Source: Cyanidioschyzon merolae
Lineage: Eukaryota
Length of the DNA: 64,000 bases
NCBI GenBank assembly: GCA_000091205.1
Contig: AP006490.2
Strand: one strand, 5' to 3'
Shown: positions 23,791 through 36,395 of the stretch, one piece after another
How positions within the stretch are numbered: position 1 is the stretch's first letter
Layout of the letters: each line of letters starts with the position of its first letter
The notes under the pieces: model-generated
Told to the model about the DNA's origin: nothing
Seen by the model: the letters and a program-made list of their open reading frames with translations, nothing else
Database searches by the model: none
Program-made: the position numbers and the translations under genes

Positions 23791-25772
23791 GCACATAAAC
23801 GGCGCTCCGGCCTTGATGGGATGTTCATTGCACCATACCGATGTCTTGTACCAGGCGGGATTCCAGTGCCATCTGTCCTGGCTGATGCGCTTTGCGCACC
23901 AAAAGTTTTCCGCGTTCCAGCAAAGTGCTCAGACTGAACACGAAACGATTCTTTCGAACTTTCTCTCGACAGAAAGCCGTTGGATACTCAGGAAGCATGA
24001 GAAATTTCCGGATGTTGATCTAAGCGTTCAAGTCTCGGTACAGGATGTTCTTGCACGTTATGTTGCCGGTGGAATCACACCATAGCACGCCCAACGGATT
24101 CGATGGCCTTGCCGTTCGACGTACGAGCATCTTACCGAACGCCTCTGCTTCAGACGCTTCTTCTCGACCTGTTTCAGCGTGCACCCGGGTTCGGGATGCG
24201 CTGATGTCGTTCTCTACGCATCGATAGGAATCGTACAGAATCGATACCTGCACACATTGGACGCTCTCTTCGACGGAGCATGACCTGGGAATTCGCGCAC
24301 TTCAACATGACAAGTGCCACAGGCTGCGAGCTTACCGTGCGACTGATCAGTTATATCCCTGGCCAACCCAATGAGAAGAGGTTTGCGATTCCTTGCTCCT
24401 TTCCTGCGTACAATCGAGTCCTTTTGCGACTCGATCGCGGTCTCATGGATGATTGCCGCGGATCGTCCACAGAGGCCATTTGAACGTTGATGCACGGTAC
24501 GAGCAAGGAGTACAAAATTAAATTCTGCGTGATATGGATCCTGCCAACGCCATTCCATCGGGTCGTATGATCCATTATATCCCTGATGCCGGACGCATGA
24601 TAATGTCGAGACCTGAAAGAATCAGGCTGCAATTCATGAGGTGTTCCTAGCATTAGCACTGGTACAAAGGTATGATCGAATCGCTCGGCTGGAATTGGAC
24701 GCATTGAAGACCTTCCATGGAATCCTCTACGGAAACTTTCGTGAAGAAATGCTTCAAGGCGAGATAAGCTAGGTATTCCATCATGACGTCCAAATTAATA
24801 TTTTGAAAGATTTTCCCCGTTGGTGACTTTTAGAACGGAGGTACCGACAACGGGTCCACACTGATCTTCCTCCTCCGACAGATTTCCATGCTGTTTCTCT
24901 GCGTCCTCTTTCCGGGAGGGTCTTTCACGTTTTTGTCCGTTTTCCCGATTTCTCGTTTACCTCGCTTGGTAGCATAGACGTGGTCGCTGTATCCCATCTC
25001 CGTGCTTTCCATTGAATTCAGACGCACCGGATGGGCGACGGAACTGAAACTTGCCTCTCATGTTCATGTACCTGGTGTTGCTCAGGTGCCTTTTCGTCAC
25101 CCTTACCATGGCGTACACGCGCTTGGACCGAATCGGGCATGGCCTCCCTGTCCCGCATCCGAGCACAGTACCAACAGAGCAGCTCAGTGCTGGTGAAGCT
25201 ACAAAATGGATTGTCGAAGTCTTTTTGGGCCGCGGATGCGAACGACTCGTCCATGCATGCGTGAGCGTGAAAGTTGCGTTTTACGATACAGAAGACGCAT
25301 TCGACGCATTGTGCTGATACCGATGAGCGTTGCCACGAGCGACCGACTCGGCAGCTTGCCGCCGCCCTAGCTCCCAATGTCTCGTTTCCGAGGTACTCTT
25401 TCGAACGCTGACGCGAGCCTACGCCAGCAAGATGCGCACATTTCAGGTCGATCTGGATGGAACCTGGGTTGCCACGCTCGCGCTTCCTCCATCCCGACAT
25501 TCCCCATGTATCAACAAGACAAAAAAGGTTGCGCTGTACACCGCTCATCGATCATGTACTGGACGCCGTCGAGCTGGTGCGCACCAGACTAGCCATCATA
25601 CGCACTACACAGAAACGTCATACGCGTGCACAAGCTTTGAGCATGATCTGCTCCGCTGCTGCCGGGACCTGCCCCGGATCCAGCGCTAGTCTAGTAGCAG
25701 CTGCATTTGCGCCACGCTGTGTGCCAATGATGTGCTAGGTGCACCGCTCGAGATCACGCAAACACTCTAAAA

Positions 25773-26591
25773 ATGAAGTACAGAGGCCTCCAAGGCTTGT
25801 CAGTTGCGCGCCTGGCAACATCCTTGAGGATCCAGTACCAGCGCCGAGATCTGCAGCGAATCTCCCGGCAGCGCGCGGCGTCAAGACAGATTCCTCGTCT
25901 GAAGTACGGACTCGCTGTGGGCCTTTCTGAGAATATGTTCGTTTTTGGAGCTTACTGGTTCGACTGTGGTGAAAGAGCGGTCTTACCTGCAAATAGCAGG
26001 GGCGCACTGCGCCCACAGTGCACCAGGCTGCGTTTCTGGCGTGGTCGATACTGGCACCGCGGTGCTGTGTCCGCGTTGAGGCGCGTGCGGCCGCTCAGCG
26101 CTTCGACACCGTCGCCGCGGGTGCTCGACGGATCGCAGTCGTTGGCGGATACCCCCGACAACGTTCAGCAGTTGTTGCAGCACATGAGTCAGGAGCTCGA
26201 CAGCGTTGTTCAGAGTATGGTGCATCTCGAGGAGTACGCACTCGAGCAGGTCGAGAAGTTGAAAGGCGCCATGGAAGCGGACCTACGAAAGCTAGCACTT
26301 TACGAGGAGGAGCAGGCCTTTGCACAGAAACTAACTGAGCAGCTCCAGAAAAAGGAAGGTGCTGTTTTTGAGGCGATGCGTCATTTTCTCTTCCATGTCG
26401 TGGGCCTGCAGGAGCAGACGGTAGCGATTACCAATGAGCTGCAGGTGCTGCACGAATTCGTGAGCGAGAATCATGAACGAGTCGAGCTCGTTCTCGAGTC
26501 TCTGCGGGAAAGGGGCCTATTTGGATCGCGCCAGGACGTTTTCGAGGGCGAGGTCAAGAAGAAACTCGACCGATTCGACCCAGAAATATGA
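25773..26591 (+). CDS. Hypothetical coiled-coil protein
   Basis: ATG start. The C-terminal half (from about 26150) has a heptad-like coiled-coil character; the N-terminal half is Arg-rich and of uncertain reality. Confidence 0.35.
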   Translation: MKYRGLQGLSVARLATSLRIQYQRRDLQRISRQRAASRQIPRLKYGLAVGLSENMFVFGAYWFDCGERAVLPANSRGALRPQCTRLRFWRGRYWHRGAVSALRRVRPLSASTPSPRVLDGSQSLADTPDNVQQLLQHMSQELDSVVQSMVHLEEYALEQVEKLKGAMEADLRKLALYEEEQAFAQKLTEQLQKKEGAVFEAMRHFLFHVVGLQEQTVAITNELQVLHEFVSENHERVELVLESLRERGLFGSRQDVFEGEVKKKLDRFDPEI

Positions 26592-28080
26592 CGATCTGGC
26601 ACTGAACGCCGCAGTTGCGCTGCGAATCGATGACGCTGCCAGCACCGGTACCGACATCCATCGAGGAGCCGTCCTGGAGCGCACGCTTACGACGGGAATG
26701 CACTGATCGCACTATTGGATAAGCGCTCGCTTCGAGCATCCGAGAGCATCTAACGGTACGATGTGCGCTGGTGTACTGTGCAGCAAGCCACGCTGGAGCC
26801 CAGTAGTGGGCACAAGGCAGCCAGCGGCTTGTCCGGACTACAGGGGCAGCGCGAGCGCCTGCGCAAGGCGATTCGTCGCTGTGTGCCGCCGGGCAATGCA
26901 GCCTATCGCCTGTGAAAGCAGCGAGTCGCAGGGCTGCCGCTTATATGCAATATTTGCGCTGCGTTCGCTGGTAATGACCATGATAGCCTACTGAGGAGTA
27001 AGTGTCAGGTGGATTACCTGGTAACAGGTGCTGGGATCCATTGGGCGACCATTAGGCTCAAATTTGACGTTTATGTGTCTCCAATGCGAACCTGATTCAC
27101 AAACAACTGGAAAAGATGACTGCTCGCAGATATCCTTGCATCAGAGTGCTACTCTTGATTTACAATGCATGTAACATATGGGAAAGATGCTCCGCGGCAA
27201 TCGTGGCTGCGGCGATCGATCGTGCAGTACCGCAGGTACGGGCGATACGTTCGCTCCGAGTGGCGGCTGCACAAAACTGCCCGGAGCATGTGCTTGCTCC
27301 AGTGCCCAACCTGGTGCTTTATTTGCGACTCTTTGGGCGCATTTTTAATGTACGCCAGATGCCAGCTACGCAGGATGGACGCGACGCCGTCCATTCTTCG
27401 ACTTCGGACTCGTACCAGTGCACGCTCTCTACCATGACGTATGTGTCGTGGCAACGCTGGATGCGCTGCGCAATCGCCATAGCGAGCTGCTCTTCGGAAG
27501 CCGACCAGCGTGCATCGTCCATGAGCTCGGGTACGGTTTCATCGATCCATTCAGACGTAACCTCTTCGAACACGTAAACGGAACGCATGGGGTATCGTGT
27601 GTCGGTTGCACTGTTCGAGTCCTCCAGGCGAAACGCTGTATACTGCATGATCTCGTGGTGTCTGTAGAGACGCTTCGTGCTGCGAACAACACCAACGCCT
27701 TATGGGGTGAGTCGGTACCCGTTGAGCAGCAACGCAAACCAGTCGAGCGATCATCTCGAAGAAAGCGTCAGTCAAACGTTCTGAACACACACTGACGACT
27801 CTTGTCAAAGACACTGCACTTTAGGAATCAGGCACGACCCGCGTGCCCTGTCAATCCAACAGTGCGCCGTTGATTCGGATGACTAGTCCAGCGGGTCAAG
27901 GGCGCTGCGATCGGAATCAACGCTTGACTGACAGTCGCTGCACGATGTAGTGCTTTTGCAGTTTCGCTCTATGAGTGACACAGGTGCGCTATGCAGTCCA
28001 GCGTCTTGAGCGCTTTCTGGAAATAGCGTGGTACAGTTCAAGGAGCGAACAGACACGCTTGCGGCTAAGCTTGATCGTTC

Positions 28081-30144
28081 ATGGCGGAAGAGCCGGCGAC
28101 TCCAGCAGACACCGAGCTGCGGGACTCGCAAGGCGCTGACACTAGCCAGGAAGGGTCCTGGAGCCCCCACGAGTACCTCATTGAGCAGCCGCTGCACGTA
28201 AAGCAGCACCAAGGCGACGAGGCATCAGTTGCGGCCGACAGCGCACTGCCAACTGCCGAGACGGCTATGTGCACTGCACCAGCGCTGATGGAATACGAGG
28301 GTGATCGTCAGAGCAAAAGGGCTCGCGCCTCGGAGCTGGACTGGCCACCAGCGCTACCTCAAGGCAAAGACGAAGCATCAGCAACTGCTCACAAGACAAA
28401 TAGTGAACATCGCGGGTCAGAGAGCCCCGACGATGTTGAGAAATCGAGTACGCCAGGTCGTACCGACACAGAACTGGACAGGAATAGCACGTTAGTGTCG
28501 AACGCGGATCACGCACGAGAACCCCTGGAGCGACGCCCTGGTGGTGACTATGACGAGCGCGACGCTTGTGCGACTACAGCTATGACAACGGGCGCTGCAC
28601 CCCAAGACCCCGGGGACGAATGCAACGGCGACAGCGACGCTGCATCCACTGTCGACACAGAGCTCCTATTCGAGACACCGCTCGCCATCCTGAAAAAGTT
28701 TCTGGATGGCCACTGGGTAGATGCCGGTCGCGGTCCAGTGCGCATTCTACGCCTACGCAGGTGCAGCGAGTCATCGGGCAACACAGAGACGTTTCTGCGC
28801 ATGGACAGCGGCCTGCGCCCAGTGCTTTACCTCAGACTGGAGCACGAAACGGCACGTACTGCGCGATGGGAAAAAGTTCGCGAACGAAGTATCCGGTTTC
28901 TATGTCCAGTCAGCGGGCAGGGCCCAGTGATGTGTGTGTTGCAGTTGCGCAATGCAGCGACTGCAGACAAGCTGCTGGCCCTGATCGAGCAGGTGGCGTT
29001 TGCTGCGGCCGAAAAGGCGCCAGTGGCATCGTATACTGAGCGTTCAACTGGCGTTCAGTACTCGAGTAGCTTTACTGAGCTGTGGACTAGATTCCAGGCA
29101 GACACAGTACCTGTTTTGGAGCAGTATCGAGCAAAAGCGCTCGACGATGACGAGACGGCTACTGCTCCTCGGGTTGTGCGCTTGGAGCAGCTCATCGATG
29201 CCTCACGCAAGACGCTCGAGCTGCAGGACGCAGCGCAAGAGCGTCTCCTTCAGCTCCTAGAGGAAGCACGCGAGACTTGCACCCGGACAGAGCGCGAGCT
29301 CCAGACTGTGCACCAGCGTCTGTGCCGGCGCATCGCGGCCGTGGAGCCGCAGCTCTCCAAGCTGAGGTCTAGTCTGGGACCCGTCGACTCGCCCGCACCG
29401 CTGACATCGGATCCTGCGAAAGCGCTCTCCAACAATGACCTGATGATCACGTCGGTAGAGACGCGTGCAGCGGAGGCATCCGCGTATGCAGATCCTGCCG
29501 ACTTTCTTGGTTTCTGCGCGCGCTTATGCTCGTTTCGACCAAGCTGCTTCAAGCAGATGCGCTTAGAAGAGAAAGGGGCACAGGGCACGGGATATCCGCT
29601 TGTTATTGAGCTCGCACTTGGCGGATGGACGTATCTCTTGTCTGGGGCGTTGCACTGTGGGCGCTGCGGGGCCACATCAGCTGTCAGTGAACTCGTGAAC
29701 GAGTCGGAATCCAGTACACAGGGATGCAGACACCAGCCTGGGTGTCGCTGGCTCAGCGAGCGCTCTCCGACGACTTTTGCGTCGTTTCGTGCGGACTCGT
29801 CCACAAGTCGGACGGAAGCATGCTGGGCACTGCACCTCGCTGACGCAGTCCGCTACTTGCGCGACGCACTGGAACGCTCCGCGTCTCCAAATGCCTCTGT
29901 TACTGAGCGTGTTGCATTTCGCAAGCTAGCCAGTCATGGTTGGGTATGCCAAACGCGGCAGGAGCGACTGCTTTTTTCCTGTATGTTCTGCGGGACACCG
30001 CGTTTCATGGCTCAGGGCGAGATCGAGCGTAGCCTCGACTCGACCGCAGCCGCAGGTCACCATCGCAGGTACTGTGCGTTCGCGGATACCACTGTTGCTG
30101 TCGATATCGAGCAGCAGCTACGGAATGGAACATCTGCAGCCTGA
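28081..30144 (+). CDS. Hypothetical 687-aa protein: acidic N-terminus, a possible PH-like fold, a coiled coil and a C-terminal Cys/His-rich region
   Basis: A long ATG-initiated ORF with balanced composition. The segment VRILRLRRC...PVLYLRLEH...SIRFLCPVSGQGPVMCVLQLRN resembles a PH-like fold, and CGRCG...CRHQPGC...FSCMFCG suggests zinc fingers. No firm family assignment. Confidence 0.5.
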   Translation: MAEEPATPADTELRDSQGADTSQEGSWSPHEYLIEQPLHVKQHQGDEASVAADSALPTAETAMCTAPALMEYEGDRQSKRARASELDWPPALPQGKDEASATAHKTNSEHRGSESPDDVEKSSTPGRTDTELDRNSTLVSNADHAREPLERRPGGDYDERDACATTAMTTGAAPQDPGDECNGDSDAASTVDTELLFETPLAILKKFLDGHWVDAGRGPVRILRLRRCSESSGNTETFLRMDSGLRPVLYLRLEHETARTARWEKVRERSIRFLCPVSGQGPVMCVLQLRNAATADKLLALIEQVAFAAAEKAPVASYTERSTGVQYSSSFTELWTRFQADTVPVLEQYRAKALDDDETATAPRVVRLEQLIDASRKTLELQDAAQERLLQLLEEARETCTRTERELQTVHQRLCRRIAAVEPQLSKLRSSLGPVDSPAPLTSDPAKALSNNDLMITSVETRAAEASAYADPADFLGFCARLCSFRPSCFKQMRLEEKGAQGTGYPLVIELALGGWTYLLSGALHCGRCGATSAVSELVNESESSTQGCRHQPGCRWLSERSPTTFASFRADSSTSRTEACWALHLADAVRYLRDALERSASPNASVTERVAFRKLASHGWVCQTRQERLLFSCMFCGTPRFMAQGEIERSLDSTAAAGHHRRYCAFADTTVAVDIEQQLRNGTSAA

Positions 30145-31369
30145 CGCGTATCGGATGGATTGCGTAGAGCTCATTCGAACATGCATGGATACTTCGCAGG
30201 CAGTGCTCAGTGCTCTCTGGGATGGAGAGCAGGTCCCGAACGAGCGCACGTACCTGCCAGCGACGTCTAGACTGGAGCACCCGACAAGCAGCCGCACCAG
30301 ATCACTTTTTGACATCAAGGCAGCTGGCTGCGTACCATTCGCTGGCCTGTAAACAAGCATGGATGTAGCGTTGCAGAAACATCGACGATACGCAGCACCT
30401 CTCTGAAGTTTTATGGATACCGACGCAAGCTGCTTCCTGGCGATGGCGAATGCAGGTGCCTCATGGACAAGCGTTTGATGCAGCGACAGACGCCACGGCA
30501 AGCGCGTCTACGCGGTATGCTAGGCCTCTGCTTGCATCGTTGAATGAGGGCAATGACGCTGAAACTGCAAGAGACTGGCACTTTCCATGGTCCAGTGTTC
30601 GCCTGTCGAGCGCGTGTCTTACAAGGCCGGGAGCAACCCCAGTTGAATTCGTGAGCAGAGTCACTGCCGCGCAAGACTAGTAGACTCGATCGACTGGGTA
30701 CGTGACGGGAAGCTGGACGGCATATTGCGCAGGTGCGATCGCGTGGAAGTGGAATCATACCATGGTGGTGCTCTGATAACCTGGTGTACCAAGATGGACA
30801 AGGGCACTGGGTTTGCGCTCTGGCAGAACAGTTGCACCTGATGTCGACACTGCGCTATGGGTACGCTGCAGTCGACTCTGGATTCAGTACGTTATTCACC
30901 AAGTTTCGTTAACATGTTGACCAGAGGAAGCAACATAGCGTCGCCTATCCGGATCAATCGACGATTGGTACCTCATTGCGCTTCAAGCGGCATACAAGCA
31001 CGCAGGCGCTTTCTTAAACGTCGCCGCCGTCACCAGCGCAACCTGTTCCACGTCACGATACTTTGACAGACTCTGAGCACCCTTCCAGTCCAAGCGCTTC
31101 CCCGTAGACAGTGAAGTAGCAGTAGCGGCACTGGTATCGTCGCTGCCTGTCCTAAGCACTGGATACCGCTGCTCCTGCTTCTAGAATACCCAGGCAACGC
31201 TGCCTTCGCCGCTGACAACCCTCACCAATCGATAAGCAACTCGACGCAGCGGGCGCCTTGCAAGCCGTTCTGCGTACGGCTCCCGTCAAGGTTCCGTAGA
31301 CGTTCGTGATAGGAGCTACAACGCTGACGTTACTTGTCTGCTGCACCAATGTCTGTCTGACGGTCACCA

Positions 31370-33190
31370 ATGTTCATAACAGCACACTGTTTTCGTCATT
31401 GTATACAGGGCGTCGGCTCAACGAGCTGGCACACCAGGGACTGCCCTCGGGGACGATCGAAAAGGTGCCGCCCGGTGTGCGCTTCCCGAGCACTCCCAGC
31501 GCTACGTGCGACGCAGGATCGTACAGAGACTGCTGCGAAACTGACAGTGGCGAGTAATGGTGATGCTCCAGTTTACTGCTACATCGCCAGTTCACCGTTC
31601 AAGAACGATTACCTGGAGCGCGTCCTTAACGCCCGCGTTTACGAAGCGGCCGTTGAGACACCGCTTGACAACGCTCCGCTGCTGTCGCGTCGCCTTGGTC
31701 GACGAGTCCTGCTCAAACGCGAGGATCTCCAGCCAGTTTTCAGTTTCAAGATCCGTGGCGCCTACAATATGATCGCACTCACAGACATGAGCCAGTACGA
31801 AGGCGGAGTCGTTGCAGCCTCCGCTGGTAACCACGCGCAGGGCGTTGCACTGAGTGCGCAGCTGCTCGGGTTGCGTGCCACCATCGTGATGCCTTGCACC
31901 ACACCGTCGATCAAAGTGAATGCGGTTCATCAACGAGGCGCTGAAGCCGTGCTCCACGGCGACACGTTCGATGACGCACAGGCACATGCACTGGCGCTGG
32001 CAGCGGAGCGTGGGGCGCTTTTCGTGCCCCCGTTCGACCATCCCGATATCATTGCGGGTCAGGGAACGATCGCTCTGGAGATACTTCGCAAGCATCCTGG
32101 ACCCATTGAGGCAATTTTTGTGCCAGTTGGTGGGGGCGGTCTCATCGCTGGCATTGCTGTGGTTGTGAAGCGCCTTCGTCCCGAGATACGGATTATCGGT
32201 GTCGAGCCGTTCGATGCCGATGCCATGTACCAGAGCCTGCAGGCTAGTCAACGGGTCCGTTTGGCGCAGGTCGGGGTATTCGCTGATGGGGTTGCAGTGA
32301 AAGAGGTCGGCACCGAGACGTTTCGCCTGTGTCGAGACCTCGTCGATGAGGTCATCCGTGTCGAGAACGACGAAATCTGCGCAGCCATTAAGGACATGTT
32401 CGAGGACACACGCTCGATCCTGGAGCCGGCTGGGGCACTCGCTATTGCCGGCTTGAAGCGCTACGCGCAGCGGAACATGGACACTAGCACTAGCACTAGC
32501 AATAGCACTAGCAGCAGTAGCAGTAGCAGCAATAGCAGTAGCAGTGGTACCCTCATTGCCATTGCGAGCGGTGCGAACACCAACTTCGATCGACTTCGAC
32601 ACGTCAGTGAGCGAGCAGAGATCGGCGAGCACCGTGAGGCGGTACTAGCGGTTCGTATCCCGGAACGGCCGGGCGCCTTTCGGGCGATGATGAACGCACT
32701 CGGGCCGGGTGCCAATATCACCGAGTTCAACTACCGCTACGCATCACCGGAAGTTGCGCATGTGTTTGTGGGACTCTCGGTCTCGGATCGACGCGGTGCT
32801 GCAGCAGCAATATCAAAGCTTGCCGCCCAAGGGTTTGTGGCTACAGATCTCACCGACAATGAGATGGCGAAGTTGCACTTGCGCCACTGCGTTGGGGGCA
32901 TGGGTGGACCACACTTCGCCCCAGCGCACGAGATTGTCTACCGCTTTGAGTTCCCGGAGCGCCCAGGGGCGCTAGCACGATTCCTGAATGGTCTTCGTGG
33001 CTGGAATATTACCCTGTTTCATTATCGGAATCACGGTAGCGATGTTGGTCGGGTGCTTGTCGGCTTGCAGGTGCCGCCATTGGAGCGTTCCACCTTCTTA
33101 GAGTTTGTGGAGCGCCTTGGCTACGCGTACGTGGACGAGACCCAGAATATCGCCTACCGGATGTTTCTGCGTCTGGGGGATACTCCATGA
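31370..33190 (+). CDS. Threonine dehydratase (biosynthetic threonine ammonia-lyase) with an N-terminal transit-peptide-like extension and two C-terminal regulatory domains
   Basis: The PLP lysine motif FSFKIRGAYN, the glycine-rich loop and duplicated ACT-like C-terminal domains are present. It is homologous to E. coli IlvA from YLERVLNARVYEAAVETPL onward. The roughly 70-aa N-terminal presequence is typical of plastid-targeted forms. Confidence 0.85.
   Translation: MFITAHCFRHCIQGVGSTSWHTRDCPRGRSKRCRPVCASRALPALRATQDRTETAAKLTVASNGDAPVYCYIASSPFKNDYLERVLNARVYEAAVETPLDNAPLLSRRLGRRVLLKREDLQPVFSFKIRGAYNMIALTDMSQYEGGVVAASAGNHAQGVALSAQLLGLRATIVMPCTTPSIKVNAVHQRGAEAVLHGDTFDDAQAHALALAAERGALFVPPFDHPDIIAGQGTIALEILRKHPGPIEAIFVPVGGGGLIAGIAVVVKRLRPEIRIIGVEPFDADAMYQSLQASQRVRLAQVGVFADGVAVKEVGTETFRLCRDLVDEVIRVENDEICAAIKDMFEDTRSILEPAGALAIAGLKRYAQRNMDTSTSTSNSTSSSSSSSNSSSSGTLIAIASGANTNFDRLRHVSERAEIGEHREAVLAVRIPERPGAFRAMMNALGPGANITEFNYRYASPEVAHVFVGLSVSDRRGAAAAISKLAAQGFVATDLTDNEMAKLHLRHCVGGMGGPHFAPAHEIVYRFEFPERPGALARFLNGLRGWNITLFHYRNHGSDVGRVLVGLQVPPLERSTFLEFVERLGYAYVDETQNIAYRMFLRLGDTP
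32481..32546 (+). repeat. AGC/AGT/ACT-rich imperfect trinucleotide repeat encoding a Ser/Thr/Asn tract inserted in threonine dehydratase
   Basis: The peptide DTSTSTSNSTSSSSSSSNSSSSGT lies between the catalytic and regulatory domains. Confidence 0.8.
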
Positions 33191-34509
33191 ATGAAGGCAT
33201 ATTTACATTGCGAAATCGTTTCGAGAATGAGCCGGTGAAATGCATCCGAGGATGCCGCCAATGACGCAGCACCTTCCGAGTGCAGATCTCCAGGCAGCAG
33301 AGTGTTTATCAAAAGCGCCTATACGTTAGTGTCAGCACGAGTCGCAGAAAGGCTGTGCCTCGTCAAGCTCCGTACACGACAAGTTTCCGTTGTTGGCTTT
33401 TTTCCTTGTTCATGTGTGTTCCTTGCCGGATTCGCCGCGGAGCTCGCCTGGCGACCACCTCCACTGAGGCATTGCCCCAATTCTGATCCAGCGTTGGCGG
33501 TACCTCAGTTTGTGCGTTCCTGTCTTGCGCAAGCGCAGAGACATCTACTTCCGGTCATTCTTCTTCGCTTGATTCTTTGGGGAAGCACATCTGACACGCG
33601 GTGTCGGTGCCTTACCGGGCGCTCGAGATGTGCGTCCGGGTGCTGCACAGCCAGTCAATATAATGCGCACAGCATATTATCAGGAAAGAGGCTCTCGAAC
33701 AGTGTTGCCGCCTCTAGCGCAACCCAAGCAATCGATGTACAGCGAAGCGCGTCTCATACTTTTCAGAGACGACCGCTTCAACCCAAGACAACACGGAAAA
33801 CTCGACAGCCTGCTCGGGTGATCGTTCGTGTATGTAAGCGCCTCAGCCGTTCACGGTGCCCTGAGTACCTGCCCCGGAAAGCAACGTGCATTCGTGCTAC
33901 CTCGCTTTTCGCTCGGTTGGCCTCATCCCAAATACCGTAACGCTGCTCGCGTTTCCAAGGTCTACAGCGCCTGTCGGCCGTCGCGGGTGACACGACTCCA
34001 GGGCGGTTTCCGAAAGCGTTACAAGTTCGCGGGTTCCACGACTCTCCCTGCGCAAATCACAACGTTCCACTAGTATACGAGCCAGTTCCGGTTCTGAGTC
34101 CGGCTTGTCCCTGTCATACACAAAGCCAGACGAGCAACAGGCTTCCTTGGCGTGCTTCACGCGAGACCTCGAGATCGGAACTCCTTGGTGTACGTGCGTT
34201 AGAAGCGAGCGCCCAGCGCCAACGTCGAGCAACTCAAGACTCAAGATCCCGAGACGACGCTATGTGCGCATCAGGGACATCAGTGCAACATTACAAAACG
34301 TCAGCACGTTTGCTAAACTAACGAGACTGATCCAAGCAACCAGTACGGACTGCAGCTGTAGGCACGCTCGTCGCTGAGGTAGCACCCGAGCTCGACCTGC
34401 CTTGACGGGTAGCGGACGCTTCTGGAGGCGCGTGCACGCTCCCTAGACCGCACGTTTCGAGCTTCACTTTTATTCAGTGGACTGAACAGGTCACTACTGA
34501 CACCCAAGT

Positions 34510-35988
34510 GTGTATTCATCGAGTGGGGATATGTTGGTGCGCGTTCGGAAGGAAGACGGCACGGTTGTACGGTTCACTGTGGAGCCGCAGACCACTGTCG
34601 GTGAGCTGAAGCGGGAGATCTTGAGGCTCGGCCATAGTAACCGCGTTGATCTCGAGCTTCTTAAGGATCCTTCACTCACAGATTCGCGCCTGCAAGATGA
34701 AACTGCTTCCCTGGAAGCCTGCGGTGTAACCCATGGGGACCTGCTGGTCATCGAACGCGACCTGCAGAAGCCTCCCAACGGCGAGTCGGTGTCAGCGCCT
34801 CCGTCTGGGGCCCGGTCACCCGCACCAAACGCGACAGCCCAAGGCGGCTGCCAGAACTCCACCGAACCTACCGCTACACCGCAGTACCTTGTGTCCTATG
34901 CGCCAAGCGGGCTCTTCACTGAGAGCGAATACGAACGAGCGTGCGAGGCGTACTCGCGTCTGATGGACGAACGACGAAAGCGGAAACAGCACGAGTTTAT
35001 GGAGCGGCGAGGTCTTGGCGGCCTCAAAGGAATGACAGTGGACTACCTGGAATGGCTTGACGCCCAGCACTTTAGACTGCGCTCTCAGGATGAATCACCG
35101 TGTAGTCAGTGCTCGATCGATCGCCAGGCTGCTGACGCCTTCCAGTCGTATCTTTTGCGCATCCACGACTCGCAGATGCGTTATGGGATTCTCTATGGTG
35201 ACGTTGTCGCCAGTGAGGGTCTGGTGAAAGTAGAGGCGATTTTTGAGCCACCGCAAGCCGGAGACGCCGACCGGTATCTTCCGCTACCCGAGAGCGAGGT
35301 CGCCATTCGAGAAGCCGACACACTCGCCCATTATCTTGGCATGCGGCGAGTTGGTTGGATTTTTACGCACCGAGCCGAGGACCGCTCGCATGCGCTGCAT
35401 GCTCGTGATGTTGCCTATGCGGCTAAACTGCAACTGGAGACTACGGCATACCACCTGGCCGAGCAGGAGCGAGATCAAACACCCGAGGCGTCTTTTGATT
35501 GGTCGCGGTACTTTGTCACGATTGCTGTTTCTATCCAGCCTGACGGTCGACGACATTTTGAGGCATACCAGCTGTCTGATCAGTGTCTGTTGATGGCACA
35601 AGCGGGAATTTTGATGCCGGTGAGCGATAGCGGTGAGCTTCACACGCTCGATGAAGTTGTTGTCGAAGGCAATCGCGTTCGCCGAGTCGACACGGACTTT
35701 TTCCTCGTGTTGGTACCCATTCGCGACCATCAAGGATGGCTCCGCACTGCGTTTCCTATTGAGAATCGCGAAGTGGAGCCCCAGAGCATCACTGATGTAC
35801 AGCGTGTGCTAGAAAGCGGCTATGGAAAATTTACAGAGCGAATTGCAGACTTTCATTTGCTTCTCTTTCTTTCTCGGATCCTTGGTATGGAGAGCGATAT
35901 GCCGCTCCTCGCGAATGCTATCGTCGAGCGACGTGACTTGGAACCGGCTGAGTTGGGATACCAGCTACTCATTGAGAGTCTCCGTTGA
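34510..35988 (+). CDS. NPL4: NPL4 (Cdc48/p97 cofactor): a ubiquitin-like N-domain, zf-NPL4 and an MPN-like core
   Basis: RYGILYGDVVASEGLVKVEAIFEPPQ...RRVGWIFTH...FEAYQLSDQCLLMAQ...PIENREV...IADFHLLLFL aligns closely with human NPLOC4. The track start is GTG; the first ATG (MLVRVRKEDG) is at 34531. Confidence 0.85.
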   Translation: MYSSSGDMLVRVRKEDGTVVRFTVEPQTTVGELKREILRLGHSNRVDLELLKDPSLTDSRLQDETASLEACGVTHGDLLVIERDLQKPPNGESVSAPPSGARSPAPNATAQGGCQNSTEPTATPQYLVSYAPSGLFTESEYERACEAYSRLMDERRKRKQHEFMERRGLGGLKGMTVDYLEWLDAQHFRLRSQDESPCSQCSIDRQAADAFQSYLLRIHDSQMRYGILYGDVVASEGLVKVEAIFEPPQAGDADRYLPLPESEVAIREADTLAHYLGMRRVGWIFTHRAEDRSHALHARDVAYAAKLQLETTAYHLAEQERDQTPEASFDWSRYFVTIAVSIQPDGRRHFEAYQLSDQCLLMAQAGILMPVSDSGELHTLDEVVVEGNRVRRVDTDFFLVLVPIRDHQGWLRTAFPIENREVEPQSITDVQRVLESGYGKFTERIADFHLLLFLSRILGMESDMPLLANAIVERRDLEPAELGYQLLIESLR

Positions 35989-36395
35989 GCGTGAGCGTGT
36001 CTCGATGCATCGCACGTGCTATGCGGCGAATCTATGCACAAGTGGTACCTGCTGCGCGGTGTTTCTCGCATGTGTTCGTGCTTGTTCACGCGACAGGCGC
36101 TCGGGTTATCGCTTTCCAATGTTCGTCGTCGGTATCGCGACCGTCGCAGCTCACACCGGCGCCGCAGCAGCTACAGCGAGAAACACGGTACCTTGTGTAT
36201 CGAACCGTGCTCGCTTTTCTACCGTCCATTGGATTACGAAACCTCGGGGAGATGACTCGACCCGTTCCAGTTCTGCTCATTCTGGAGGAATCGTGGAATC
36301 ATCCAACGAGCAACATCTGATGTGGAGTGTTTTTCAAGTCGAAAACGCGCTTCTCAGTCGTGGATTAGAGGCGGCGCGTCCGACACTCGCCACGA

